Numbered from the stretch's first letter, positions 12,625 through 24,254 are shown. The stretch is 64,000 bases of DNA from the human T2T-CHM13v2.0 reference genome, Homo sapiens (GCF_009914755.1 NC_060948.1), one strand, 5' to 3'. Numbers and translations: made by a program. The notes: generated by a model not told the origin, from the sequence alone.

Positions 12625-13619
12625 TGTTCCCGAGAAAACAAGCCAATAATGAGGAAGAAATCCCACAAAGAATGAAAAACAATCAAACCTTATTATCCCA
12701 GCACCCCCCTCCTCCACCTGGTGCCCTTAGCCTTCTCCCTGGTGCCCCTAGCCTTCTCCCATGTGATCCTGATGCCTCACCTGCTGGCATCTCCCCATCT
12801 CCAACAGCCAGGTGTGTTCTACTGTGCTTCCTCATCAAAGACTTCTCAAGATCTGTTTGTACAGCCTCCAAGTGCAGCCAAACCTAGAAGAGCAGATGGT
12901 CCCTCATTTAAACATAGGGAAATAAGTTGCCTGATTTATATCCCTGACAAGTGACCTAAATATAAGACACAGGTTTTATTTTTAGACTAGACAAATCAAT
13001 GTTACCAAGAATGTTGTTTTAAAATTCTTAAGTGTATGTCTGTTATATATTGTATTCCCAATTATTGCATCTTAGAATAAATGTAATTATGTAGAAATTA
13101 GAGAAAGAGAGACACAAAGATATATGGATATAACCTATCCTCAATGTGATGAGGAAGATAAAGTAAAAATATAATATCGGTGAAAATATAAAAAGCTACA
13201 GATAATATCAGGAAGTGCAGCTTTTGTTAGCATTCTTTCAAAAGGCATTGTTTTAAAACTTTTAGCCTAGACTTCATCAAATCTAATGCACAAGAATAAT
13301 TGACAGTCATAAGATCAAGTACAAGACACTGAAAATTTAAAATCCATCTCCTGAGTTATCAAAGAAATATTAAACTGTGATTTCACTCAGGATGAAGGTG
13401 AGATTAATTTAGTTTTTACTTCAGTAACTGTCCTGTATTTATTTGAGAAAATATCACAGATATTGTCAGCTTTTTTCCCCCTCAAAGGAGAATGATACTG
13501 GGTTTAAAAAATTAAAAAACCTGTAAAAAATAAAAATAAAAAATAATCAGAGCTGTAAGGTGACAAAAAACTTTTATCTATTTTTTTTTGTTTTTTTTTT
13601 TGGTTTTTAATTTTAACTT

Positions 13620-13816
13620 GCTTTTAAATTAAATTCAAAGTCATGCACATACATGGGAAGAAAATCTCAAAAAAAAAATCAGTATACAATGGAGTATAAA
13701 ACTGTGAAAATCCAGACTATCAACTCTTTCTATACCCTCTGTGTATTGTTCTGGTGTACACCCATCTGTGTTTAGTTGTATCTGTGAATGTGTATATATG
13801 TATGTATCTACAGGTC

Positions 13817-13851
<35 letters not shown>

Positions 13852-14380
13852 TTAGGTATGTCATTTTTCATAATTGGAGAATATTATACACAATATTTTG
13901 TACCTTATTTTTTATTTAAAAAGCTTATTTTGCAAAACTCAAATCTGCAAACTTCAATTATAGCTTCAAAGTAATCCTTTGTATGGAACCTATACTTTAT
14001 TTTACAAGTCCCTGATTATGTCCACTTGGGTTGTTTCTAGCCTTTCATAAATAATGTCCAAATGAACATTTGTGTCTGCAGGGCTTTGCACATATTTCAA
14101 TGTATGCGTAGTGTACATATCTAGCTTTTCAATTGCTGTATCAATTTTGTTTCCAAAGAGGCTGTCCCAGTTTACATTCTGACCAATAGCCATGTGAGTG
14201 AGTCTGTTTTACCCGTATCTTTGCCATTACACTACATATTTCAAAACATTTTGAAACAACAGGCTAAGAAGAATTTTTGCTGATTTAATTTACCATTTAA
14301 TATTACAGATATTATTGAACAACTTTTAATATGTTTGTAAGTAAGTGGTGTTTATTTTTCTGTGAAATCTGTTCTATCCC
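13620..14380 (-). mobile_element. Ancient L1M(E) fragment containing (TG)n(TA)n at 13816-13851
   Basis: 'cagtttacattctgaccaatagccatgtgag' and 'ttgggttgtttctag' resemble antisense L1M. Confidence 0.55.
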
Positions 14381-15894
14381 ACCTGGCTGCCAGTTACCAT
14401 ATTCTTAACTCATATAGGATTTATGTAATTAAAGGTGTGTTAAGAGAGTAAGGGAATAAAGGATGAACTTGAAATCACCATCAAGGCATTTTAAAGGAAT
14501 ATACCTTTATTTCAGAGCTTTCACAAATTTTGAGGATAAAAATTCCATATATTACATAAATACTATCATTCACAAGGCCTTAAACACTATGATAGGACTT
14601 GCCCCGCTGGACATGAAGAAACTGCAGGAGGAATGAATAACTGCTAGGAATCTATATCTTTTGTTTGCCTTGCTTAGTGCAAAGAGTATCTCAGAAGATA
14701 GACTGAAATATTCCTTATGGACTCAAAACAATAATTAGAGGCATCTGGTTAATCTAATCTTCTAGAAGCTTAAGACCAGTAGCAGCAATACTAATACTAA
14801 TTAGTAAAATGTTATTTTTCTTGATTTGATTTGTTTCTAGTCTAACTAAAATGATGTTGAATACATTTCAGGAGGAAAGATTTTAGTATTACCCACCTGG
14901 GTTTTAAAGGCTAGCTGGTTTAGTAAAGATCCATATTTTAGGAAAACCTAAATAACCAAGGCAGTATTTGAGATGTTGCTCTAGATTTTTTGACTTGGCA
15001 TTTCTCTTCTGCTCCCTGGAGGGACCAGCATGGGGCATGGTGCAGAGTCAGAGCCAGAAATGACACGAACAGTTCCAAAACTTGAATGGAAGAGAGCTAT
15101 CCCTAAACCCATCCCTATTGTGTCTGTGCCCAAATATTAACTTGCTTTAAGCTCTTTCTCCCAATTTGAGAATAAATTAGAATTATAAGGAAACAGATAA
15201 GCTTTCAGGAATTAATTAATAAATATGGCCTGCATCAAAAATAGTTTTCAAATAATAAGAGTTAAAATCCATCTAAAAAATGTTGCAAAGAACAAAGCCA
15301 TTCTTTCCCACTTTCCCCTCTATGATCTTTCAGCTATTTTCAGATGCAGCAGTTGCAGTGTTTATGCCAAAGACAAGTTTGCTCTTACAAAAGTAATCTT
15401 TTTGTAGGTAAAAACACACTACTAACTCCTTTTATAAATTACCCTGGAAAGCTGGGGCCAAAGTTGTCCAATGGCAAGGAATAGCTTTCCCATGTAATAG
15501 TGGATCATAAGTGATGGAACCAAGACAAGCCCTTTATTTCCAAAACTTTACTCTTTCCCATGCCTTGTTGCTTACATAAGACATATTCCCAATTCAAGAG
15601 CCACAGGATTTACATAGGTTTTTGTGATGTGTTGACAAGGAGAAACTCTCAAAAGAAAAAATGTTCTTTGGTAAACATTCAGTCCTACTTTTAAAACTGT
15701 TATATTTCCAAATACTTGGGGTAAAAGGATGAATGGATTAAGACCAGGAGAAAAAAAAATGAGCATATATTTTATTCCTTAAAATTTTTACAGATAAAAA
15801 ATCCAAAATAGACAGATGCTGCAAAAAAAGAAAAGAAAAGAAAAGAAAAAGAGTATCCAAATGGTTGATAAACAATTTTTAAAGGTTATTCTAC

Positions 15895-16799
15895 GATTGC
15901 AGGATCTGGCCAGCAGCCCGCAATGCAACAGGGCTCTCTCTTCATTCCCAGGCAGATCGGCAGGTTGAGAAATAATAGATACACAAAAGATAGTGAAAGC
16001 TGGGTCCACGGGTTCACCGCCTTCTGGTCCCATGGTGCCAACAATGCACTGGATATACCAGCATTTATTATTAAGTTTAGTGAGGGCGGCGGGGGGCGGG
16101 GTAGGTTAGTGAGGGATTTAGGGTCATTAATTATGAGGTGAGATGGTCACATGGGGATGAAGTAATTCTTTAACATAACATTTGTATGTAGAAGTACAGT
16201 ACATTTGTATGTAGAAGTACAGTATACAGAGATAAGAATTTACAATATAGTGTGTGCATCAGTAATTTCTAACAGAGCCTTAAAACAGAAACACAATCTT
16301 TCCATAACATGTGATTAGCAAGATATTAATCAGCAGTAACAATTGCAACAAAAGCTGGTTACAAATAATCCATGGAAACAGGACGTGAAGCTAGACAACT
16401 GGTTAGACCAGAAATTCTCAGAAGAGAGTATGCCTTAACCCTAAAGAGGCCTAGAAGAGTCACCGGCAAGATGAGAGTGTTTATAGCCCTATCTTATCCA
16501 TAGGGACAGGTGTCCCCCATGCGTCCATTTATAAACTCTCCACAAGGGTCGCATTCCATTCCCAAAGCTATGAACACCTGCTTTTCTGGGATAGGAATCT
16601 TGGTGATGTGAAATCTGCCTGACTGCATGTCCATTCATAGGCTCTCTGCAGGGGGAAGCACATCACGTGCTGTTGGCTTGTTCGGGCAGTCCAACCTGGC
16701 ATTGTCTATACACAATCCAGCATGCAATTCTGTATTTACAGTAATCAGGAGCATTTCATCTTTTATTCCATAGCAACAGTTTCAGGGGGTCTCCCTACC
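15895..16799 (-). repeat. 3' LTR (MER11D-like, 905 bp); AATAAA poly(A) signal at 16064-16069
   Basis: Direct repeat of 24344-25239, about 8% mismatched by hand count. Confidence 0.95.
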
Positions 16800-16815
16800 T
16801 CTCCCTCTTTCCTCT
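16800..16815 (-). promoter_or_regulatory. Polypurine tract
   Basis: Minus strand AGAGGAAAGAGGGAGA abuts the 3' LTR start. Confidence 0.88.
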
Positions 16816-16819
16816 GATT

Positions 16820-18783
16820 TAAATGAACCATAGCAATCATAGCTTGGCACTGATCACAATTGGATTGAAGAATTTTTTTCCAATTTTACACGTGAACAAT
16901 AAACCAATAGCACAAATCATACACAGAAGAAAATTAATGATAGTGGATCCTCCCAAAGATTTTACCCATTGAATGGGGTTGAGATTAGATAATCCCTCAG
17001 AGATACCGTCTAAAATTTCAGCACCAGGTAAAGCAGTTAAGAGTGCTTGAGAGGCCTCAAAAATCTGTTCTTTTAGCTTGCTTATGTCTAAAGTTAAATT
17101 ATCTTCACTTCCTTGTAAATGGCGTTCTACTGATTCCCAACTGTGAACAGACTCATTATATTGAAATAGAGTTATACAAAAATCAGAAGTATTCCAAACA
17201 CATTGCATTTGTAATCTATGTTCTAAACTCATAATTCTATCTCCCATCCATATAACAGTTTGTTGTAGATCATTAATTTGATTAGTTAACTTTTGATCAA
17301 CACCTGACTGAGAATTCCACATCCAAGAAGATTTTTTTTTTGACATTTATCCCACAAAATTAACAGTTTGAATACATTGATGTAATGCAACTCCAGCAGT
17401 AGCAGCAGTCGCAGTAACAGCAATCAAGTCCATTATTATTTCAATTAATTTAAAAATAAATCATTTACTCCTTTTAAGAATTTTCTGTAGAATATTGTTA
17501 ATAACCTGGATAGAGGGGGAAGATTCCCAAGACCTATGTAAGTCTACAGGGAGCCAAATACCTTATCTGGCTCTGACTATTAAAATACTATGATTTGATT
17601 AAAGGATGAATCAATACAAGTATACAAGTAACAACACAGGTAATTATGTTGGTTTCTGAATGAAGATGCATCTTTCCTACTAATAACATATATGGTGGTT
17701 TAACACAACTTTTAAGTGGTATATAGATAGTATACATATTTTGAGGTGACAAGGTGGATTTACTTATAACACTTTCTCCAGCCCAAACTCTCATACCAGT
17801 CATAGCTCTTGTTAGTCTCCATAATTCTGAATGTTCAGGTCCTAAGTGGGGAACAATGAGCCTTGGCTTTGAAGGGCAACCCCCGCCCCTTTCCACTTCA
17901 GAGGAAAAAAGGAGTTAAATCTGTGATATAATAGGGGACGGTTGTCACTACTTTTTTGATACATAATAAAATAGAGAAAATGTTGACAATCTCTGTGACC
18001 TTGAGAGCAATCATTAGTAATATGACCTTTGGGAGTCCAACCAACAATGGTGTAGTGAGAAGAATTAAATAACACAGTTCCTTCTGAGCTAACACAATCT
18101 TTCCATATTAATTTGTCAGCATTTGAAGACAAGTAGAGAGGACATAACTTATATTGAGGTGTGTGAATATAATCACATATCCTAAAGGCTTATATTGGGA
18201 TGTGTGAATATAATCAGTGATTCCTGTTTTGATTTGCCTTAGAGGTTTTAATGAGAGTCCTGATACCAAGTGTCCTAAAGGAAGGACAGAGTGACCAGAT
18301 GATAGTGTGACAGCCCAAATTTGAATATCTAACAAGAGACATCCATTAGTGGATCACAGGCACAAAGGTGGACACCTAAAACGTAAAGTGATATTGAAAG
18401 GGGTTCCTTCTTCTCAAGGTTGGGCAGGACAATGATCATCTACAGAACCAGGCATCCAAATACTATCATTAACATAGAACTCGATGGGAGCATCCATCCA
18501 TATCATGGCTTGAATAAGAAGAGGAAAAGGAATATAGGCCAAATATATAGTTTTTAACAGTCTGTGGAGGGACAGAGGGTAGAAGGATCAGTGTTGTCAG
18601 GAGGAGGCAGAGGTTGAGCTGGACCTGGATCACTGGAGACAAGTTGTTCAGTGTGACTGACTGGATCGTCTGTTGTAAAGGAGTTAGTGTGGTCATTTTC
18701 TTCTTTTTGATGATTGGATATGCTAGTTGTTTCTTGCTGTGGTGCTTTTTCAGCAAATTTTTCTGTCTCGTTGTTGCATGCAT
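16820..18783 (-). pseudogene. env: env (signal peptide, SU, TM), disrupted
   Basis: Hydrophobic signal [12 protein letters not shown]; GPEHSELWRL; KSCVKPPYMLLVG; furin site RSK* (CGA>TGA at 17461-17463); fusion peptide [15 protein letters not shown]; [16 protein letters not shown]; CVWNTSDFC (CX7C). Confidence 0.95.
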
Positions 18784-18840
18784 TTTCAGGACACAATTTT
18801 AGGTGTGTAGCAGGAATCCAAACAGGAGATTGATGTTCAC

Positions 18841-18860
18841 CTGGGGAAACACAAGCATAG
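18841..18860 (-). promoter_or_regulatory. Putative env splice acceptor
   Basis: ctatgcttgtgtttccccAG|G lies about 57 nt upstream of the env ATG, equivalent in position to the HML-2 env acceptor. Confidence 0.7.
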
Positions 18861-21314
18861 CCTCTTCCCCACGTTAAAATAGAAACTTTTGACCATATAT
18901 TAGATTGAACATCTTTCCATCATACTTCTCTTCCTTAGTTTACTGTAGGACAGTTACCAGAGAAATGTTTTTTGGCAGCAGTAACAGAACTAGATTTAGG
19001 AATATTAAGAAAATTTAACGTGAGCAATGCTAAGTTTAGTTGTATGTGGTGGGTAGACAACTGCTTATCCCTCTCTTTTTGTTTCAGTAATTGTAATTTT
19101 AAAGTTCTGTTACTTCTTTCTACAATAGCTTGGCCCTCTGGGTTGTAAGGAATACCAGTAATATGTTTAACATGCCACTGATCAAGAAAATTTTTAAAAG
19201 CTTTACTGCAATAGGCTGGAGCATTTTCTGTTTTGAGCTCATTAGGAATTCCCATAACTGCAAAACATGAAAACATATGTTTTTTAACATGAGATGTGGC
19301 TTCTTTGGTTTGACAGGTAGCCCAGATGAAATTGGAAAAAGTGTCAACTGTGACATGTTCATAAGCTAATTTTCCAAAAGAAGGAATATGAGTAATATCC
19401 ATTTGCTGGATAACATTAGGAGAAAGTCCTCAGTGATTAACTCCAGGAGATTGTGTGGGTAAGACAAAAACCTGACATCGAGAACAGTGTTGTACAACTT
19501 GTTTAGCTTGTTTTCAACTGAGAGAATCTTTACGTTTAAGACCTGACGCATTAGTATGAGTGAGTTGATGAAATTGTTCTGCATCTGTAATAGCTAGAGA
19601 AACTAGAGTATCAACTTTATGATTACCACTGGCTAAAGGTCCAGGCAAGTTAGTATGAGAACGTATGTGAGTGATGAAAAAAGGGTGGTTTTGGTTTCTG
19701 ACAGTTTTCTGTAACAAAGAGAACAAGGAAAACAGATTAGGGTCAGCAATATTTTTCATGGTAGCTGTTTCTATTGCCTTAGTGGCATGGACTACATATG
19801 CTGAGTCAGAAACAATATTAAGAAGCTGATCAAAATCCTGTAATGCAGAGATAACAGCAAACAACTCGGCTTTTTGAGCAGAAGTGTATGGAATAGAAAT
19901 GACTTTATCTTTTGGTCCTACATACCCTGCCTTTCCATTACTGGGTCCATCAGTAAAAATGGTAACGGCTGTTTCTAGTGGTGATGAATGAGTATGTTTT
20001 GGTAGAATACAGGAAGTATTTCTTAGAAATTGAAAGAATTTTGACTTAGGCAAATGATTATCAATAGTGCCAATGAAGTCAGCCAGACTAGTCTGCCAGC
20101 ACAAAGATGTAGAAAAGGCATTTTTAATCTCATTTTTTGTCAAAAAGACCACAATGGTGTTTGGATCAAAGCCGGAAATTTTAATGATATGTTGAGGTCC
20201 TAACCCAATTAAAGTGGCTATTTGATCAAGATATATTGAAAGAGTTTTAGAGACTGAATTAGGAAGAAATACCCATTCAAATAGAGAATCATTTTGTACT
20301 GTAAGGCCCGTAGGAGAGTGGATGGAAGGAAAACCTAAAAATCATAAAGGCAAACTTGGGTCAATACGAGAGACTTTTGCCTCTCTCACTCTTTGTTCTA
20401 CAAAAGACAACTCTTGTTTTGCTGGCTCAGATAGAGAGTGAGAACGGTTTAAATCTCTATCTCCTGATAAAGTGGCAAATAGATGAGATAATGCATAAGT
20501 AGGGATGCCTAGGGTTGGTCTGAGATAATTGGTGTCACCTAGTAATTTTTGAAAATAATTTAAGGTGTTTTAATTGTCAGTATAAAGTTGGACTTTTTGG
20601 GGCTTAATGGAGAAATCTTCTAGCTGAATTCCTAAGTACAGAAAAGGAGTGGTTTGTTGAATTTTATCAGGAGCAATGTGGAGTCCTGCATTGGCAACAG
20701 CTAATTTTAAAGAGGTAAAACATTGAATTAATTTATCTTTAGTAGGGGCAGCAATCAGTATATCATCCATAAAATGAAGAATGTAATTATTTTTTAAAGT
20801 CTGTCAGATAGGTTGTAACACAGTACCGACAAACAACTGACAAATAGTAGGACTGTTAATTATTCCTTGAGGTAGAACTTTCCATTGCTATCTAGCTGTG
20901 GGAGCTGAATTGTTAATGGAAGGTATAGTGAAAGCAAATTTTTCACAGTCTGACTTGTCTAAAGGAATATGAAAAAAACACTCCTTAAAGTCAATGATAA
21001 TTAAAGGCCATTCCTTAGGAATCATGGAAGAGGAGGGATACTGGATTGTAACACACCCATAGGTTTAATAACTGCATTAACGGCTCTTAAGTCTGTTACC
21101 ATCTTCCATTTTCCTGACTTTTTTTGTACAACAAACAGGAGAGTTCCATGGAGACAAGGAGGTCTCAATAGTGTTTGTTTGTAGTAAATCATTAACAATT
21201 TCAATTAAAGCCTCCAATTTGTGTTTCGACAGTGGCCACTGCTCTACTCAAACAAGTGACTCACACATCCGTTGTAAAGGGATTGGCAGGGGAGGCTCAG
21301 CAGTGACAGCACCT

Positions 21315-21321
21315 AAAAGGG
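21315..21321 (-). promoter_or_regulatory. pro-pol -1 frameshift heptamer CCCTTTT
   Basis: XXXYYYZ heptamer overlapping the pro TAG, at the expected betaretroviral position. Confidence 0.75.
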
Positions 21322-22209
21322 TATTCAAGTCCTGATTTGTTAAGTTTTCAGGAGGGTTCCAAGGGCTCTTTAATTCCCTCTCCATTAACTCCTAATCATC
21401 TTCCAGGAAAAAAAAATTCATTTTATACATTTTGTTTTTGTTAGCTTCACTATAATTTGATAAAGGGATAGACATCTCAGCCCCCCATTGTTGCAGTAAA
21501 TCACATCCCTATAAATTTATGGGAATTGGAGTAATATAATGTTGAACAGTGCCCATTTGGTCATCAGGTCCTGTACAAGGAAATATAAGAGAGCTTTGGT
21601 ATACATCAGATGACTTTCCAACTCCCACTAAATTGGTTGAAGAGGGCTGTTTTGGCCAAGAGGAAGGCCACTGATTAGCAGTGATTATAGAAATATCAGC
21701 CCCAGTGTCAACTAAACCTGCAAACTTTTTTCAGGAAATTTTAATAGTACAGGTGGGATGGTGAGAAGAAATAGTATTAACCCAATAAGCAGCTTTGTTT
21801 TGTTTAAAGGTATTTTCTACACCTCTTGTGTGAGTAGCAGATTCTGTGGAGGGGCACAGTTCAGGGAGAAGTAGTAATAGAGCAATGCATTCTCCTGGTT
21901 CAATGAAAATGGGAGATTTTGTAGAAATAACCAAACATATTTCATCTGAAGTGTTGGCATGGATAAGGCCAGTATGAACAATTACACCTTTTAAGGCTAA
22001 TGAAGCTCTGCCCAGAATTAAACCAATATGATTTTTAGGTAAAGGCCCTTTAACTCCAGTAGGAGCAAGGACAGGTTGTTCTTCAGGGAGTAAAGACAAA
22101 GGGAGAGTACTACATAAGTCTATTGAGTCCTCTCCTGTGGTGCAGGTGGATGGGCATTGTACTGGGACAAGAGGAGGGGGTAATTGGCATTGGGTTGTGG
22201 GTATAGAAT

Positions 22210-24184
22210 TTAAGGTAATGTCTGTGGCACTGTTTGTACTTGAGTCTGCGGCATTTCTGGTGCAGTTATAGGGGTAGCCACAGGGAGGGGGAACGAAACC
22301 CCGGAGCCCTGATTGGGATTGGGGCTTGAGGCTGGCCCCTCCCCCTGTTTCCCTGAAATGGAAAGGGATTAAAAACAGTGTTGACCACATTAAAAGGAGG
22401 CAACAGATTACCATAATATCAAATTTAGATTGACAAGAACTCATTCAATGTTTACCTTTTTTACACCGTGGGCAAATAGTACTAGGTGTTTTTTGTAAAT
22501 TTGGAGTTTGTGGAGCAGGTTGTTGGGGATTAGCATTAAGTAAAGGACACGATTTTTTAAAGTGTCCTACTCCCCCACATTTGTAGCAAGTACCAAGAAA
22601 AGTATTGGGCACACCTGTTGTAGGAACATTGAGAATAACAGCAGCAGCTTTTAAAGATGAGGTCATGGCTTGAGCCCTGAGCATAGCTTTATGAGTTTCA
22701 GAACCAATACCATCACAGGCTCTAATGTAGGAAGGAATGATGGCATCATCAGGTGTGTTTTGGGTTTTACGACGTAATGGTCATATGGCAGCCTGACACT
22801 TAGTGTTAGCATTTTCAAGCGCCATAAGTCGGATAACCACATCTCTTGCTCTAGTATCAGAAATAGCCTTTTCAGCAGCATCTGTGAGTTAAGCCATGAA
22901 ATCAGGATAGGGTTCAGAAGGACCTTGTTTAATAGCACTAAAAGATAAAGGGGCCTTGCCTGTGTCTTGAATACATTCTCATGCTCGTAAACACACTTGA
23001 GTTACCTGAGTTAAAATACGTTGACTATATTCCAATTGTCGAGCAAGTATATTCCACAAATCACTAGTACCCATAAGCATATCATAAGGCACTTCAGTCT
23101 CATTTTCAAAATTTATCGAAGTTTGAATCATGGCCTCTTCTGACCACAATATCTTAAATTGTAGGAATCAAGAAGGGGTAAGAGAAGCATGAGCTAACAA
23201 ATTCCAGTCAATAGGAACAAGTTGTTTTTCAGTGGTAAGGGAATGTAGAACAGTTTTAACATAAGGAGAATTTGGTCCATATTGATCACAAGCAGCTTTA
23301 AAATCCTTAAGGAGTTGTACAGAGAAAGATTCATAATATCACCGGCCTTTAGCTGTGCCTTTTCCCCACCCTCCTGCACCTTCACACTTAGAGGCTATGG
23401 CTATGGGGAGCTGCCAGACATCCAAACCACTAGAAGCCATAGCTCTACACATTGCCTCCTGAATAGAAGTGCGGACAGGTCTAGCAGGGGCAGAAGAAGA
23501 GAGAGAAGGAGAGTGGGAGCTCCAGGATGTGGAGTGGGGGGAAGCAGGGTTCCACGTCTCTGAAAGAAGGGGTCCCGGAGCGTCAAAAGAAACAGTGGGC
23601 TTAAAAGAGGGGAGTGGTCCAAAAGGATGAGAGGAATGAGAAACAGACCATTCAGAAGAATGACACACGTCCTCCTCTGGCAGAGGGGGCAACAGCTTAG
23701 TAGAAGAAGAGTTAACATATACAGGTTCCATGATAGGAGGTGGAGGGAGGGGATCATCACCATGTTCCTCCTCTTGGGGAGAAAACAAGGAGAAATTAGA
23801 TTCTTCTTCATCATCAGAAAGAGTACTAGTAAGGGGGTCATCTACCCGAAGTTAAAGGGGAGGTTCACCATCCACGTTAACTTCTGGCAGTTGAAGAGGA
23901 TTACCAGACTGAAAAGGAAGTAAAGCAACACAAATAAGAGCCCAGTCAGTCCAAACAGAAATAGGAAGTAAAACACCATCTCTCATGAATTGGCAGAGTG
24001 TGGCACCAACTCTATCCCAGTCTAACAGGTCCATAGAACCTTTGTCAGGGAACCAAGGACAATATTTTTCAATAGTCTGAAATAAGAGAACAAGATTATT
24101 GGAATCAGCCTTGATTCCACCCTGTTTAAGAAGAAGTTTCATAAAAGACGGATAAGCCTGGTGTTTAAACTGTGATTGTCCCAT
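22210..24184 (-). pseudogene. gag: gag (MA, Pro-rich spacer, CA, NC), disrupted
   Basis: MGQSQF start; EKYCPWFPDKGSMDL; YGPNSPY; MHR IKQGPSEPYPDFMA*L; zinc knuckles CYKCGGVGHFKKSC and CPRCKKGKH*MSSC. The 3' end is approximate. Confidence 0.94.
22305..22353 (-). promoter_or_regulatory. gag-pro -1 frameshift site GGGAAAC (22347-22353) with downstream pseudoknot remnant
   Basis: GGGAAAC-AGGGGGA-GGGGCC-A-GCCTCA-AGCCCC-10 nt-AGGGCT, the same layout as the SRV-1/HERV-K gag-pro signal. Confidence 0.8.
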
Positions 24185-24254
24185 GATAACCCTGGAATAT
24201 TACCAGTTGACAAACCCAAAAAGAGGGGAGAGTTGGAAAAAGCGTACCCAGAGA

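Larger units (their letters stand above)
18554..21321 (-). pseudogene. pol: pol (RT, RNase H, integrase), disrupted
   Basis: [24 protein letters not shown]; RNase H FTDG, SAQKAEL and SDSAY; integrase HQLTH...CSRC, MDITH, KTEN and IVERSN. Confidence 0.96.
21312..22353 (-). pseudogene. pro: pro: dUTPase-protease-G-patch, disrupted
   Basis: dUTPase fold SIDL..PTGVKGPLP..GLILGRAS..GVIVHTGLI; protease GLVDTGADISII (DTG at 21701-21709); NL*GCDLLQQWG; G-patch remnant PGR*LGVNGEGI. Confidence 0.94.

Noticed and set aside
16837-17346. 169-aa env TM ORF as a domesticated syncytin-like gene
   Set aside because: Upstream stop at the furin site and frameshifts; no signal peptide or fusion peptide in frame.
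16860-18620. rec/np9-type doubly spliced accessory gene
   Set aside because: No GT donor visible at the end of the env signal peptide and no AG acceptor at the HML-2-equivalent position near the TM end.
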